Positions 38,895 through 48,802 of a stretch of 64,000 bases of DNA are shown one piece after another (position 1 is the stretch's first letter; every line of letters begins with the position of its first letter). Source of the stretch: an uncultured Candidatus Saccharibacteria bacterium (GTDB lineage Bacteria > Patescibacteriota > WWE3 > UBA101185 > UBA10185); the NCBI GenBank assembly GCA_964387275.1, contig CAYLVW010000001.1, forward strand, positions 150,619-214,618, in the 5' to 3' direction. The translations under genes and the position numbers were made by a program. The notes beneath the pieces are model-generated. The model had not been told where the DNA came from and did no database searches. It worked only from the letters and a program-made list of their open reading frames with translations.

Positions 38895-40370
38895 ATGAAT
38901 TTTGAATCACTATCTAAATGGCAACTAGTTAGCTTACTATCAAGAGGCTTTGCGATGTCAATTGGTATTTTGCAAAGTTTTTTTATTGTAAGGATGCTTA
39001 CAGTTGGGGAGTGGGGTCTTATTCAGATTGCTATTTCTATAGGAGGCGCTCTTGGTATATATCAGCATTTAGGGCTTGCTTCTGGCTCAACTCGTGAAAT
39101 TTCTCAAGCTAAAAATGATGATGCTGTATTTAAGGTGTTTCTTACAAGTCTATTTGTGAGATACATGATGACTGTTCCTCTTGCCTTAGGGCTTTTTTTC
39201 TTTTCTGAGTATTTATCTATTGATAAATATTCCCACTCAGAATTGATTATTCCACTTAAGCTATATGCGATAGTTATGGTTTTTCAGGGAGCTCAGAGTA
39301 TACTAAATTCGGTTATTTCAGGCACAAAAAGGTTCAAACACCTATTTTTGTACCAAGCTTTAATTACTTTTGTAAGTTTAGTTTTGTTTATACCTTTTGT
39401 ATTTTTCTATAAAATTAACGGTTATTTTATTGCCATGTTGTTGTTTAACACAATATCTACCATTGTATTAGCTATTCTTGCGTTAAAACCACTAAAGACT
39501 ACTTTCCCTCTTCCTACTAAATCAGAATTTAAAACATTACTTAAAGACCTAATGACAATAAGTTTAGCCATCTATCTAGTAAAAGTAATTTATACACTTT
39601 GGGAGAAAATTGGGCCGCTTATTTTGGGACTTGAACTTACACCGGAGATTGTAGGTATTTTTGCTTTTGCTATGTTGTATGCAAAAAAGATTGTAAATGT
39701 CTCTGATGCAATTACTGATGTAAATCTGCCTGTTTTGTCAGAGAAATTTGTGAAAAATCTTGATGATTTTAAGATTACATTTAGTCAAAATTTTGATAAA
39801 GTTTTTGCTCTTATTTTATTTTTAGGTTTTACAGCTGTTTATTGGGCACCCCAAGTTGTTGTTGTTCTTGTAGGCAGCGATAAATACACACAGTCTCTGC
39901 AAATGATTATTCCTTTAACATACGCATTTATTATGTACTCTTTTATTAACATTGCTAAATCCAGTGTAATTATTCCGGCCAAACTAACAAAAGAACTAAT
40001 TGTTTCTTTTATAATTTTGATTTTACTCACTTTGGGATTTTATTATGGTACTTTTCAAATTTTAGGCAACCTAACAGCCATGTGCTACGGTATGTTGATA
40101 GGATCACTTGGAGGATTTGCATCTATGGTTATTTTTTCAATAACTAAGCTAAAGTATTCGTTTTGGACATTAGATCATACGTTGTTGCTGGTTCAAAGTT
40201 TTGCGATTAGTATGGTAACTGCAAATCCTATTTTGGTTCTGAAAGTAGTTTTATACATAATATTTTTCGCCCTATATTTGTGGGCAGTTAGGGAGAGTGG
40301 ATTTGTCAAGGACACCGATTTTAGGAGGTATACAGGCAAATTTTTAAATCTAAGGTTACTAAAAAAATGA
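38895..40370 (+). CDS. MOP-superfamily polysaccharide/oligosaccharide flippase (Wzx-like).
   Basis: About 14 TM segments. The N-terminus LLSRGFAMSIGILQSFFIVRMLTVGEWGLIQIAISIGGALG resembles the Polysacc_synt consensus. Confidence 0.7.
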   Translation: MNFESLSKWQLVSLLSRGFAMSIGILQSFFIVRMLTVGEWGLIQIAISIGGALGIYQHLGLASGSTREISQAKNDDAVFKVFLTSLFVRYMMTVPLALGLFFFSEYLSIDKYSHSELIIPLKLYAIVMVFQGAQSILNSVISGTKRFKHLFLYQALITFVSLVLFIPFVFFYKINGYFIAMLLFNTISTIVLAILALKPLKTTFPLPTKSEFKTLLKDLMTISLAIYLVKVIYTLWEKIGPLILGLELTPEIVGIFAFAMLYAKKIVNVSDAITDVNLPVLSEKFVKNLDDFKITFSQNFDKVFALILFLGFTAVYWAPQVVVVLVGSDKYTQSLQMIIPLTYAFIMYSFINIAKSSVIIPAKLTKELIVSFIILILLTLGFYYGTFQILGNLTAMCYGMLIGSLGGFASMVIFSITKLKYSFWTLDHTLLLVQSFAISMVTANPILVLKVVLYIIFFALYLWAVRESGFVKDTDFRRYTGKFLNLRLLKK

Positions 40371-41302
40371 AGAAGTATCTAAAAACCATTTTAAAAATTA
40401 CTATAAGTGTATTGTTGTTTTCGGTTTTAATCTATACCGTTGATTTTGACTCCGTTCTTACATCTGCTGAAAACTTTGATTATAGGTATGGGATTTACGC
40501 TATTATGTTTACTTGTTTAAACTACTTTATTTCTTCAGTACGGTGGAAAAATCTGTTAAGTATTTATGAGAACACAAAGCACATAACAGTTAAGCATCTA
40601 ACCTCGCTTTATTTTGTTGGTTCCTTCTTCAATAACTTTATGCCTACAAGTATTGGTGGCGATGCTTACAAAATATTTCGATTAGGTAAGCAAATTAATA
40701 GTGTTGAGAACGCATTTTCTGCCACTTTTATGGAGAGATTTACAGGTATGATTGCTCTTGTTTTTATATCTGTGTTTGGGTTGCTCGGATTATATACCGT
40801 TGAGCAGTCTCAACTTAAGGGTTTTGATAGTACTTGGGTGATGGTTGCTATACTAGCTGGATTATTATTTGTACTGATTTTTGGGTTTGTTGCAGGATTG
40901 AAAGTATTAGATTTTGCAAGAAAAAAGATTTCAAAGTTCGAGAAGATTTATGTATCTCTTGTTGCTTATCGCGGTAAGAATAGAGTGTTGGCCATAGCAT
41001 TTCTTACATCCTTTGCAGTTCAATTTCTATCGATATTTACTCAGTACTTTGTATTTAAGGGTTTGGGAATGGAGTTAGATATTTTAAAAACTCTATTTAT
41101 TTTTCCCATAATCACACTGGCTGGTTTTTTTATACCTTCCTTAAATGGAATTGGAGTTCAAGATGTTTTGTACAGAATGTCTTACACGTTTTTGTTGGTA
41201 ACCCCAGAGCTTGCTCTAACAGCCTCCATTATTTACCATTTCGTACGTTTATCCGTTAGTCTTATAGGAGGTTTATTGTACGTGGTAGATAAGAACCAAT
41301 AG
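40367..41302 (+). CDS. LPG-synthase-TM / UPF0104 flippase-like membrane protein.
   Basis: 8 TM segments. FFNNFMPTSIGGDAYKIFRL matches the conserved UPF0104 motif (P...GGD..R). Confidence 0.65.
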   Translation: MKKYLKTILKITISVLLFSVLIYTVDFDSVLTSAENFDYRYGIYAIMFTCLNYFISSVRWKNLLSIYENTKHITVKHLTSLYFVGSFFNNFMPTSIGGDAYKIFRLGKQINSVENAFSATFMERFTGMIALVFISVFGLLGLYTVEQSQLKGFDSTWVMVAILAGLLFVLIFGFVAGLKVLDFARKKISKFEKIYVSLVAYRGKNRVLAIAFLTSFAVQFLSIFTQYFVFKGLGMELDILKTLFIFPIITLAGFFIPSLNGIGVQDVLYRMSYTFLLVTPELALTASIIYHFVRLSVSLIGGLLYVVDKNQ

Positions 41303-41304
41303 CT

Positions 41305-42849
41305 ATGAACAAAAAACTTTTTGGTAGGGATTTAGACTATAGAAAAGTTTATGTACTTTTATTTATAGTCATATTTTTTATAACTAGATTTTTATTTGTT
41401 GGGTATGAAGAAATCAATCCTGATACAGTCAATTGGTATTATAGGTCTGAACAATTTATTGTCGGATTAAAAAGTTTACAGTTAGAAAAGACCTACCAAC
41501 ACTACCATCCTGGTACTACTTTAATGTGGATCATGGGTATATCCACGGAGATTATTAAGAAAATTGACGCAGTTGGCGAAGTCATAAACAATGAAAACTT
41601 TTTAGTTTTTCATATTGTGACTAAAGTAGTTTTTGGTTTGGTTCAATTAGTATTATCTTTAGCTATTTTATATTTACTTTCCAAAATACTCGGGTTTGTA
41701 AAGGCTCTTTTAGTAGTTTCTATTTTTTCATTTGAACCGTTTTTTATAGGGAATTCAAGGTTTTTACACTTGGATGTTTTGTTATCTCTTTTTATAATAA
41801 CCACACTGGCCCTATCATTCTATAATTATTATGTTAGGGAGAAGCCTTCTTCTTATATATCAATTATTATAGGCATCTTAGCACTACTTACTTTTTTAAC
41901 CAAAAGCATAGGTATTAGTGTTTTACCCATGATTGTATTGACTATAATGCTTGGTAATCCCAAATATAGACTTCAAAGTATTATTATTGTATTAAGTAGT
42001 TTGATATTAATGGCCCCGATATTCTTGCCTGCTCTTATTAAAGACTATTCAGGAACTATAGCACTTATTTTTAAAGAGGCACTAAGAATCGGGAATAAAA
42101 ATGGCCACGAGCAGATTTTCTTGGGAGAGGAAACTATAAATGCTGGGTTTTGGTTTTATTTTGTATCTCTACTGATAAAAGTTTCTCCCTTACTTATGGT
42201 GAGCACGGTAACTGGGGTTATAGTTTTTACTAGCAACATTAAAAAGAATATTACTAAGATAGATAAGTTTTATTTACTTAGTGCTCTTTACTATGTAGGT
42301 TATTTTGTAGTGATGAGTCTGCTATCTAAAAAGCTTGATAGGTATATGATTCCAATGTTTCCATTTTTTTCTTTGTTTGCTGTTTATGCATTTAGCAAGT
42401 TCTATGACACTAAAAGCAACTTTTCAAAAGTAATGTCTGTGGTTTTTACTCTTTGTTTGTTTTTAAATGTTTATTCCTTGATAAATTTATTTCCCTATTA
42501 TTTTGTTTATGCTAGTCAGCTATCTGGTGGGCCCGTATTAGCTAATTCACTAATTGCCCAGAAACCATTCGGTCAGGGAGTTGTTTGGCTAAAGGATTAC
42601 TTGCTTGATAAGTACGGGGAACCTAAAAACGTAGGAATTTATGATCGAAAACCCCTTAGCATGATTTATCCTAATTCTAAATTATTCGATGTTAGGGAAT
42701 ATGACCCAACCAAGTATGATATTTTAGTACTAGCAGTAAATGAGGAGATTCCCGAGAAAGTTGAGAACGGAGACGCTGCCTTTAACTTAATGAATATTTT
42801 ATATATCAATAACCTGCCTTATTGGAGAATCTATGAGAAAGTTAAGTAA
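41305..42849 (+). CDS. Polytopic membrane protein, putative GT-C glycosyltransferase (paralog of 44301..45881).
   Basis: Shares the YHPGTTLMW motif (YHPGVPLMW in the paralog). Multi-TM N-terminal region followed by a soluble C-terminal domain. Confidence 0.5.
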   Translation: MNKKLFGRDLDYRKVYVLLFIVIFFITRFLFVGYEEINPDTVNWYYRSEQFIVGLKSLQLEKTYQHYHPGTTLMWIMGISTEIIKKIDAVGEVINNENFLVFHIVTKVVFGLVQLVLSLAILYLLSKILGFVKALLVVSIFSFEPFFIGNSRFLHLDVLLSLFIITTLALSFYNYYVREKPSSYISIIIGILALLTFLTKSIGISVLPMIVLTIMLGNPKYRLQSIIIVLSSLILMAPIFLPALIKDYSGTIALIFKEALRIGNKNGHEQIFLGEETINAGFWFYFVSLLIKVSPLLMVSTVTGVIVFTSNIKKNITKIDKFYLLSALYYVGYFVVMSLLSKKLDRYMIPMFPFFSLFAVYAFSKFYDTKSNFSKVMSVVFTLCLFLNVYSLINLFPYYFVYASQLSGGPVLANSLIAQKPFGQGVVWLKDYLLDKYGEPKNVGIYDRKPLSMIYPNSKLFDVREYDPTKYDILVLAVNEEIPEKVENGDAAFNLMNILYINNLPYWRIYEKVK

Positions 42850-44296
42850 CTTATGGTTATATTTAATAGTTACAATAGCAATTGTACTACGAGTGTTGTT
42901 TTTTTGGCATGGTCACCCGTTTGTGTTTCATCCAGATGAGCCTACTGTTGTGAGGTCTGCTCTCGAAGTCAGATTTTACCCAAATCCTGGACATTTTGAT
43001 TGGCCCCATCTATATATTTACATAAACTACATCGTATATATGATTTTTGCTTTTGTACGAAATATACTTAGTACTTCTGGTCTTGTTACTGAGGGACCTC
43101 TATTTGATGAAACAACTATATTTTATTATTTAACTAGAGTTTTATCTGGAGTGCTTGGGGGACTTACGGTAATCCCTGTTTATCTTACTGCTAAAACTTT
43201 TTTTAATTCCTCTAGGGTAGGTCTATTGGCTGGTTTGGTTATTGCTTTAATGCCTCTTCATGTGTGGAATTCTCACTTAGCTCTAATTGATGTACCAATG
43301 ATATTTTTTGTTTCGTGGGTTTTATACTTTGGTGCTCAAATCTATACAACAAGAAATTTAAGGTATTACATATTGGCTGGTATTTTTGTTGGTTTGGCAG
43401 CGTCTACAAAATACCATGGGGCATTTTCTGGAATATTTATTGCAGTAGTACATTTTATAGACTACAAATCTTTTTGGAAAAACCTAAGAGAACTTTATAA
43501 AGCTATTATAGCTGGAATTGTTAGTTTATTAGGTTTCCTTGTTGGCACACCTTACGCTCTAATTGATTTCACTACTTTTATTCGGACAGATGGCCCAAAA
43601 GGTGCCTTATGGCAGTTTACTAATGTAGGTCATGTTCCTTTTACTACACAAGTTGGCAAGTTTATATATAATTTATTTATTAGAATCCCTGATGACATTG
43701 GATACACATTTGCAGTTGTGTTGGTACTGGGGTTAATCTACTTTTTGTTTTCTAAAACATTTTCAAAAGGTCTTTTTCTTTTTTATACTATGTACTTGTT
43801 CCTAGTTTTTTATATATCAGGATTTGAGAAATCAAGGTCCCACTACTTGATGATTTCCTACCCGTTTATAGCAGTAGTTGTTGGGTATATGTTAGAGGTT
43901 GTTTCAGTTAAGTTTTCAAAAGTTATTAAGTACCTAGTATTATTTCTTGTGTTTATAGTTCCGTTAGGTATATCGATTTGGCAAAACTATATTTTATCCA
44001 AGGAGGATACTAGGGTTCAGTTATACCATTGGGTGTTAAGGCAGGGAGTAGTTAACAACTCTTATAACTATAGTTCAAATAACTTGAATATAATTTGGGA
44101 TAAAATTTCTACTAATAATGTAAACCGTGTTTTAGAGTCTTCCTACTTACCCTCTAGCAGTTCTTACTACATAATATCTGAAGAAGATTCCGTAACAGCT
44201 TTAGATAAGTTTAATGATTTACCAGGCACTGTTAAGACTCTTGAGACTTTTTCTCCGATAAACAGAAGAGGTCCTGTGATTTTGATAGCACAATAA
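42833..44296 (+). CDS. GT-C membrane glycosyltransferase, PMT_2/GT39-like.
   Basis: FHPDEPTVV in the first loop (the DE motif of PMT/ArnT-type enzymes). About 11 TM segments. Confidence 0.6.
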   Translation: MRKLSNLWLYLIVTIAIVLRVLFFWHGHPFVFHPDEPTVVRSALEVRFYPNPGHFDWPHLYIYINYIVYMIFAFVRNILSTSGLVTEGPLFDETTIFYYLTRVLSGVLGGLTVIPVYLTAKTFFNSSRVGLLAGLVIALMPLHVWNSHLALIDVPMIFFVSWVLYFGAQIYTTRNLRYYILAGIFVGLAASTKYHGAFSGIFIAVVHFIDYKSFWKNLRELYKAIIAGIVSLLGFLVGTPYALIDFTTFIRTDGPKGALWQFTNVGHVPFTTQVGKFIYNLFIRIPDDIGYTFAVVLVLGLIYFLFSKTFSKGLFLFYTMYLFLVFYISGFEKSRSHYLMISYPFIAVVVGYMLEVVSVKFSKVIKYLVLFLVFIVPLGISIWQNYILSKEDTRVQLYHWVLRQGVVNNSYNYSSNNLNIIWDKISTNNVNRVLESSYLPSSSSYYIISEEDSVTALDKFNDLPGTVKTLETFSPINRRGPVILIAQ

Positions 44297-44300
44297 GCTT

Positions 44301-45881
44301 ATGAAAAAATATTTGGAGCTAATTAAATATGAGTTTGGCATTTCTGTACTTTTTATTTTGTCGCATCTACCTTCTTTAGGTATAGATAATTTCAATACAG
44401 ATGTGTGGAAATGGAAAAAAAGAATATTTGATTTTTCCAGTGGTGTTTTTGGTTTGAGACCTGAGGAGACAGTTCAAACATACCATCCCGGTGTTCCTTT
44501 AATGTGGTTAGGTACTATAGCAATTAAATTTTACAATCTATCTAAAGATATTTTTAATAATGGCCAGGATTATCCAGATGTTCGGGAGATTTTTTATCTT
44601 GATTTTGCGCAGAAGTTTTTAGTTGTTTTGGGCATAGCTGTTGGAGTATTTTTTATGCTATGTGCGCTACGGAAAATACTCGGAACAAAAGGTGTAGTTG
44701 TAGCTGGGTTGCTGCTTATGTTTGAGCCTTTCTATTTGGCCCTTACCAGGGTTATACATCTTGAGGGTTTAACTTCGACATATTTGGTAGCATCCTTGCT
44801 GTGGTTATATGTTTGGGGTCAGGCCAGAAAGAAACTGTATCTAAGTATTTCAGCTATACTTGGGGTTATAGCAGTGCTTACTAAGACTTCAGCCTTAATT
44901 ATTGTTCCATTTTCTTTTGTATATATTCTGTTATTGACTAAACATCCAAAAGATATACTAAAATGGTTTGCTGTTTTTGTAGTTACTGCACTTGTAATGT
45001 GGCCTGCCTTACTTTTCAAACCTATGTATGTTATTAACTACTTATATACAGGCGTAACTGAGGTAGGGATAGAGGAGGGGCATGATCAGTTCTACTTTGG
45101 TAATTATGTAACAGACCCGGGTTGGACTTTTTATTTTGTAAGTATCGCTTATAGAACATCTCCGGCTGTATTTGTTTTATTTATTGTTTCATTGCTCGGT
45201 TTGTTGCGATACAAATCAGAGAGTAGAAAGTTTATCTTTTATATATTGGCTTTTATTTTACTTTATTTGGTCGAAATTACGCTTCCGACTAAAAAATTAG
45301 ACAGGTACATGCTGCCAATACTAATTGCTATGGTTGTATGTAGTTCAGTATTTCTTAACTACGTGATGGAAGCATTCAAACACAGGTATGTTTGGGTCAT
45401 TTCACTATTGGCAATAGTGTCCAGTTTATTTTACTCGGTTACATCACACCCAATATACCTTAATTACTACAGCCCATTATTTGGCGGGTTAGGGGCGGGT
45501 ATTCATGTGATCGAACCTAAATGGTTAATTGGTACAAATGAGATTATTAGCTATTTTAGAGATGTAAAAAGTAAAGAAGGGCTCAGTGATTTTAAGCAAG
45601 GAGAGAATATTGAGAATCTATTATATAGTCCCTTGCTAGCTAGTAAATTAACTGTAGCATTTCCTGAAAAATACTATACTCAAATACACCCATTTTTTAG
45701 GTTGATAAATAGTTGGGCAGTAATAGAAGACTTATCTGGTCAGGCAGTAAAGACTAAGTTTTTTGTATATCCTGTTTGGGATGATTATTCAAACCGTGAG
45801 ACAAGGTTTAAACTTGAGTACTATGGTGACATAAGTATTGGGGAAGTGCCTGTATACAAAGTATATAAAAGGGTAATTTGA
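44301..45881 (+). CDS. Polytopic membrane protein, putative GT-C glycosyltransferase (paralog of 41305..42849).
   Basis: YHPGVPLMW motif and similar architecture to the 41305 gene. Confidence 0.5.
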   Translation: MKKYLELIKYEFGISVLFILSHLPSLGIDNFNTDVWKWKKRIFDFSSGVFGLRPEETVQTYHPGVPLMWLGTIAIKFYNLSKDIFNNGQDYPDVREIFYLDFAQKFLVVLGIAVGVFFMLCALRKILGTKGVVVAGLLLMFEPFYLALTRVIHLEGLTSTYLVASLLWLYVWGQARKKLYLSISAILGVIAVLTKTSALIIVPFSFVYILLLTKHPKDILKWFAVFVVTALVMWPALLFKPMYVINYLYTGVTEVGIEEGHDQFYFGNYVTDPGWTFYFVSIAYRTSPAVFVLFIVSLLGLLRYKSESRKFIFYILAFILLYLVEITLPTKKLDRYMLPILIAMVVCSSVFLNYVMEAFKHRYVWVISLLAIVSSLFYSVTSHPIYLNYYSPLFGGLGAGIHVIEPKWLIGTNEIISYFRDVKSKEGLSDFKQGENIENLLYSPLLASKLTVAFPEKYYTQIHPFFRLINSWAVIEDLSGQAVKTKFFVYPVWDDYSNRETRFKLEYYGDISIGEVPVYKVYKRVI

Positions 45882-45885
45882 TTTT

Positions 45886-47175
45886 ATGGTAAGAAAGCTG
45901 CTTAATTTTATTAAGACGACTCCTATATTTGATACTGCAATGGTTTCTGGAAGTATATTTATTGCAAGTTTTCTTGCCTATTTATTGCAGTTTTACCTTG
46001 GAAGATCCCTAAGTGTTAGCGACTACGGAGATTTTGGCGCGTTACTATCTTTGTCCTATCTAATTGGTGTACCAGCTACAGTGTTTGGCTTATCTCTGAC
46101 AAAACAGGTTTCAGAAGTATATGCTACTCATAAAGATCTAATACCCGCATATTTTACTAAGATATTTATATTAAGTGTTATTCCTGGTGTATTGTTGTTT
46201 ATTTTACTTAGTGGCTTATCTTCGTTTTTTGCTACATATTTTAATCTAAACAACTATCCGGTACTTATTGCCTTCTCAATATCTGCTGGTTTCTCCTTTT
46301 TTTCTTTGGTGGCGCCATCATTTTTGCAAGGACTTCAGAGATTTAAGTCCTACTCAGTTTTTGTGATTGTATACAATATTTTTAGAACTGTAATACCTGT
46401 GGTTTTTGTATTTCTTGGTTATAGACTAATTGGTGTATTTTTTGGACTCGCGTTGGCGGCTTTTTTTGGTTTCTTATATTCTTACGTTCATTTAAAAGAT
46501 ATTTTCTTTAAAAAAATTCAAACAAGTTTTGAGGATAATACCATATTAAAGAAGTATATATATAATTTGTTTTCTTTCTCAGTTCCTGTGTTGTTGGTTA
46601 ATCTTTCTATGATGGCTTTAAACAATATTGATGTGCTAATGGTGAAGAGGTATTTTTCTCCAGAAGAAGCTGGGCACTATGTGGCTCTAGTTACCGTCGG
46701 TAAAGTGTTGTTATTTGGGGCAGGAACTGTAGCAACTGTGATGTACCCAATGCTTACTGCTGAATTTGCAAAACGAACACTAACATTAAGTAAGTTTTTT
46801 TTGTACTTTACACTGCAAGTTGTCGTTGTTGTTGTTTCTATTTTAATTTTCAGCTTATTTCCTAACTTGATTGTTGGAGTTATGTTTGGGTCAAAGTTTT
46901 TGCCGATTGTGAGTTATTTGCCTCTATTTTCAGTTTTTATGGGCTTATATGTTTTGGTAAACTTTATGGTTTTGTTTTTTCTAAGTATCAGTAGAAGTAA
47001 GGTTTTTCTAATTCAAATTCCGTTTGTGTTAGGGCAGTTTTATTTACTTAATTCTAATATTTCCTCTATAACTTCGTACATAACTATAAATATAGCTATT
47101 TCCTTTGCCCTACTAGCTGTTCTTTTACTGTACGGCTATATACAATATTCAACATGGAGAAGTCTAAAAAAGTAG
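45886..47175 (+). CDS. MOP-superfamily flippase (Polysacc_synt_3/Wzx-like), the second in the island.
   Basis: 12 to 14 TM segments. The N-terminus IFIASFLAYLLQFYLGRSLSVSDYGDFGALLSLSYL resembles the family consensus. Confidence 0.65.
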   Translation: MVRKLLNFIKTTPIFDTAMVSGSIFIASFLAYLLQFYLGRSLSVSDYGDFGALLSLSYLIGVPATVFGLSLTKQVSEVYATHKDLIPAYFTKIFILSVIPGVLLFILLSGLSSFFATYFNLNNYPVLIAFSISAGFSFFSLVAPSFLQGLQRFKSYSVFVIVYNIFRTVIPVVFVFLGYRLIGVFFGLALAAFFGFLYSYVHLKDIFFKKIQTSFEDNTILKKYIYNLFSFSVPVLLVNLSMMALNNIDVLMVKRYFSPEEAGHYVALVTVGKVLLFGAGTVATVMYPMLTAEFAKRTLTLSKFFLYFTLQVVVVVVSILIFSLFPNLIVGVMFGSKFLPIVSYLPLFSVFMGLYVLVNFMVLFFLSISRSKVFLIQIPFVLGQFYLLNSNISSITSYITINIAISFALLAVLLLYGYIQYSTWRSLKK

Positions 47176-47978
47176 TATCAGTAATAGTACCTGTATACAA
47201 AAAAGAAGCCACCATAATAAGTGATATAGATAGTATCTATAAGGCATTAGACTCCAGTAGATGGTCGTTTGAAATTATTCCTGTTATAGATGGTTTTGTA
47301 GACCGTTCTTATGAGAATGCGCTTAAGATAAAATATCCAGAAGTTAAAGTAGTAGGTTATAAAACTAATAGAGGCAAAGGTTACGCTGTGAGGTATGGTA
47401 TGGCTCAGGCAACGGGAGATTACATAGCCTTTATTGATGCCGGTATGGATATAAATCCTAATGGAATATCTTTAATTCTTGAGCATATGGAATGGTACAG
47501 AGCGGATATTATAGTTGGCAGTAAGAGGCATCCTGCATCTAAAGTTAAGTATTCTGCATTAAGAAGAATATATAGTTTCTGTTATCAGATGTTGGTATTT
47601 TTGCTTTTCCGACTGAAAATTCGAGACACTCAGGTTGGTCTTAAGGTTTATAGGAGAGAGGTATTGGAGCGTGTACTCCCAAGGCTAGTAGTAAAAACTT
47701 TTGCTTTCGATATTGAACTTCTTGCTGTTTCAAATAGATTAGGTTTTACTAGATTATACGAAGCTCCGGTTGAAGTAGCACTGGATTTTTCGAGTTCAAG
47801 CTTTAACTTAAGAAAGCCCATGTTCCTAGATCCTCAGATTAGAAATATTTTATACGACACTATTGCTGTTTTTTATAGGATGCATTTTTTAAAATACTAT
47901 GATGATGAGAACAGAATTAAGTGGGTATATGATAAAGAGCTTCAAATGCGTGTAAATACCGGGGAGATCTTGGAATGA
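47154..47978 (+). CDS. GT2 glycosyltransferase.
   Basis: VSVIVPVYKKEATI...IIPVIDGFVD...FIDAGMD has a GT-A DxD. Confidence 0.78.
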   Translation: MEKSKKVVSVIVPVYKKEATIISDIDSIYKALDSSRWSFEIIPVIDGFVDRSYENALKIKYPEVKVVGYKTNRGKGYAVRYGMAQATGDYIAFIDAGMDINPNGISLILEHMEWYRADIIVGSKRHPASKVKYSALRRIYSFCYQMLVFLLFRLKIRDTQVGLKVYRREVLERVLPRLVVKTFAFDIELLAVSNRLGFTRLYEAPVEVALDFSSSSFNLRKPMFLDPQIRNILYDTIAVFYRMHFLKYYDDENRIKWVYDKELQMRVNTGEILE

Positions 47979-48802
47979 TTACCAATGGACCTTTAGTGTC
48001 TGTATTAATACCCGTTTACAATACTGAGAAATATATAAAAGATAGTGTAGATAGCATTATTTCACAGACATATTCCAACCTTGAGATAATTGTCGTAGAT
48101 GATGCCTCTACAGATTCTACATACAGTATATTAAGTTCCTATAATGATCCTAGACTTCGTCTATATAGAAATGAAACAAACCTTTATATAGCTGAGAATA
48201 GAAACAAGGCGATTAGCTATGCCACTGGCAAATACATCGTGTGGCAAGATGCTGACGATATTTCACTACCTACTAGAGTAGAAATTCTTGTTTCGTTTAT
48301 GGAAAGTCACTCCGATGTGGGGATCTGTGGTTCATATCTTCAATCCTTTGACGAAACAGGGGATAAGGATATAAGGGAATATGCTACAAATGACAGTATG
48401 CTTAGAAAGAACATTTTTAAGTATTCTCCTGTAGCTCAGCCAACCGCAATAATTCGTAGAGATATCTTAGACTTGGTAGGTAAATACAATCCAAAATTTC
48501 CGCCTGCTGAAGATTTGGATATGTCATTTAGAATAGGCTCAGTTAGTAAGTTTGCAAATGTACCACAGGTATTATTAAAGTATAGAGAGCATAGTGCATC
48601 AAATACATCAACTAGAATGCTAAGGCAAATCGATTCCACGCTAGATATACGTAAGTCTAATATGAATAATAGCAATTATAGCTTTGATATTTCAGATTAC
48701 GTAGCGTATTATTTAACAAGTATTACAAAATTATTGCCCCCATTTTTTGTAATTAAATTATTTAAAATTTCTAGATTAATTAGTAGGAAAATATTTAAAT
48801 GA
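47975..48802 (+). CDS. GT2 glycosyltransferase.
   Basis: [26 protein letters not shown]...[12 protein letters not shown]...QDADD. Confidence 0.85.
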   Translation: MITNGPLVSVLIPVYNTEKYIKDSVDSIISQTYSNLEIIVVDDASTDSTYSILSSYNDPRLRLYRNETNLYIAENRNKAISYATGKYIVWQDADDISLPTRVEILVSFMESHSDVGICGSYLQSFDETGDKDIREYATNDSMLRKNIFKYSPVAQPTAIIRRDILDLVGKYNPKFPPAEDLDMSFRIGSVSKFANVPQVLLKYREHSASNTSTRMLRQIDSTLDIRKSNMNNSNYSFDISDYVAYYLTSITKLLPPFFVIKLFKISRLISRKIFK

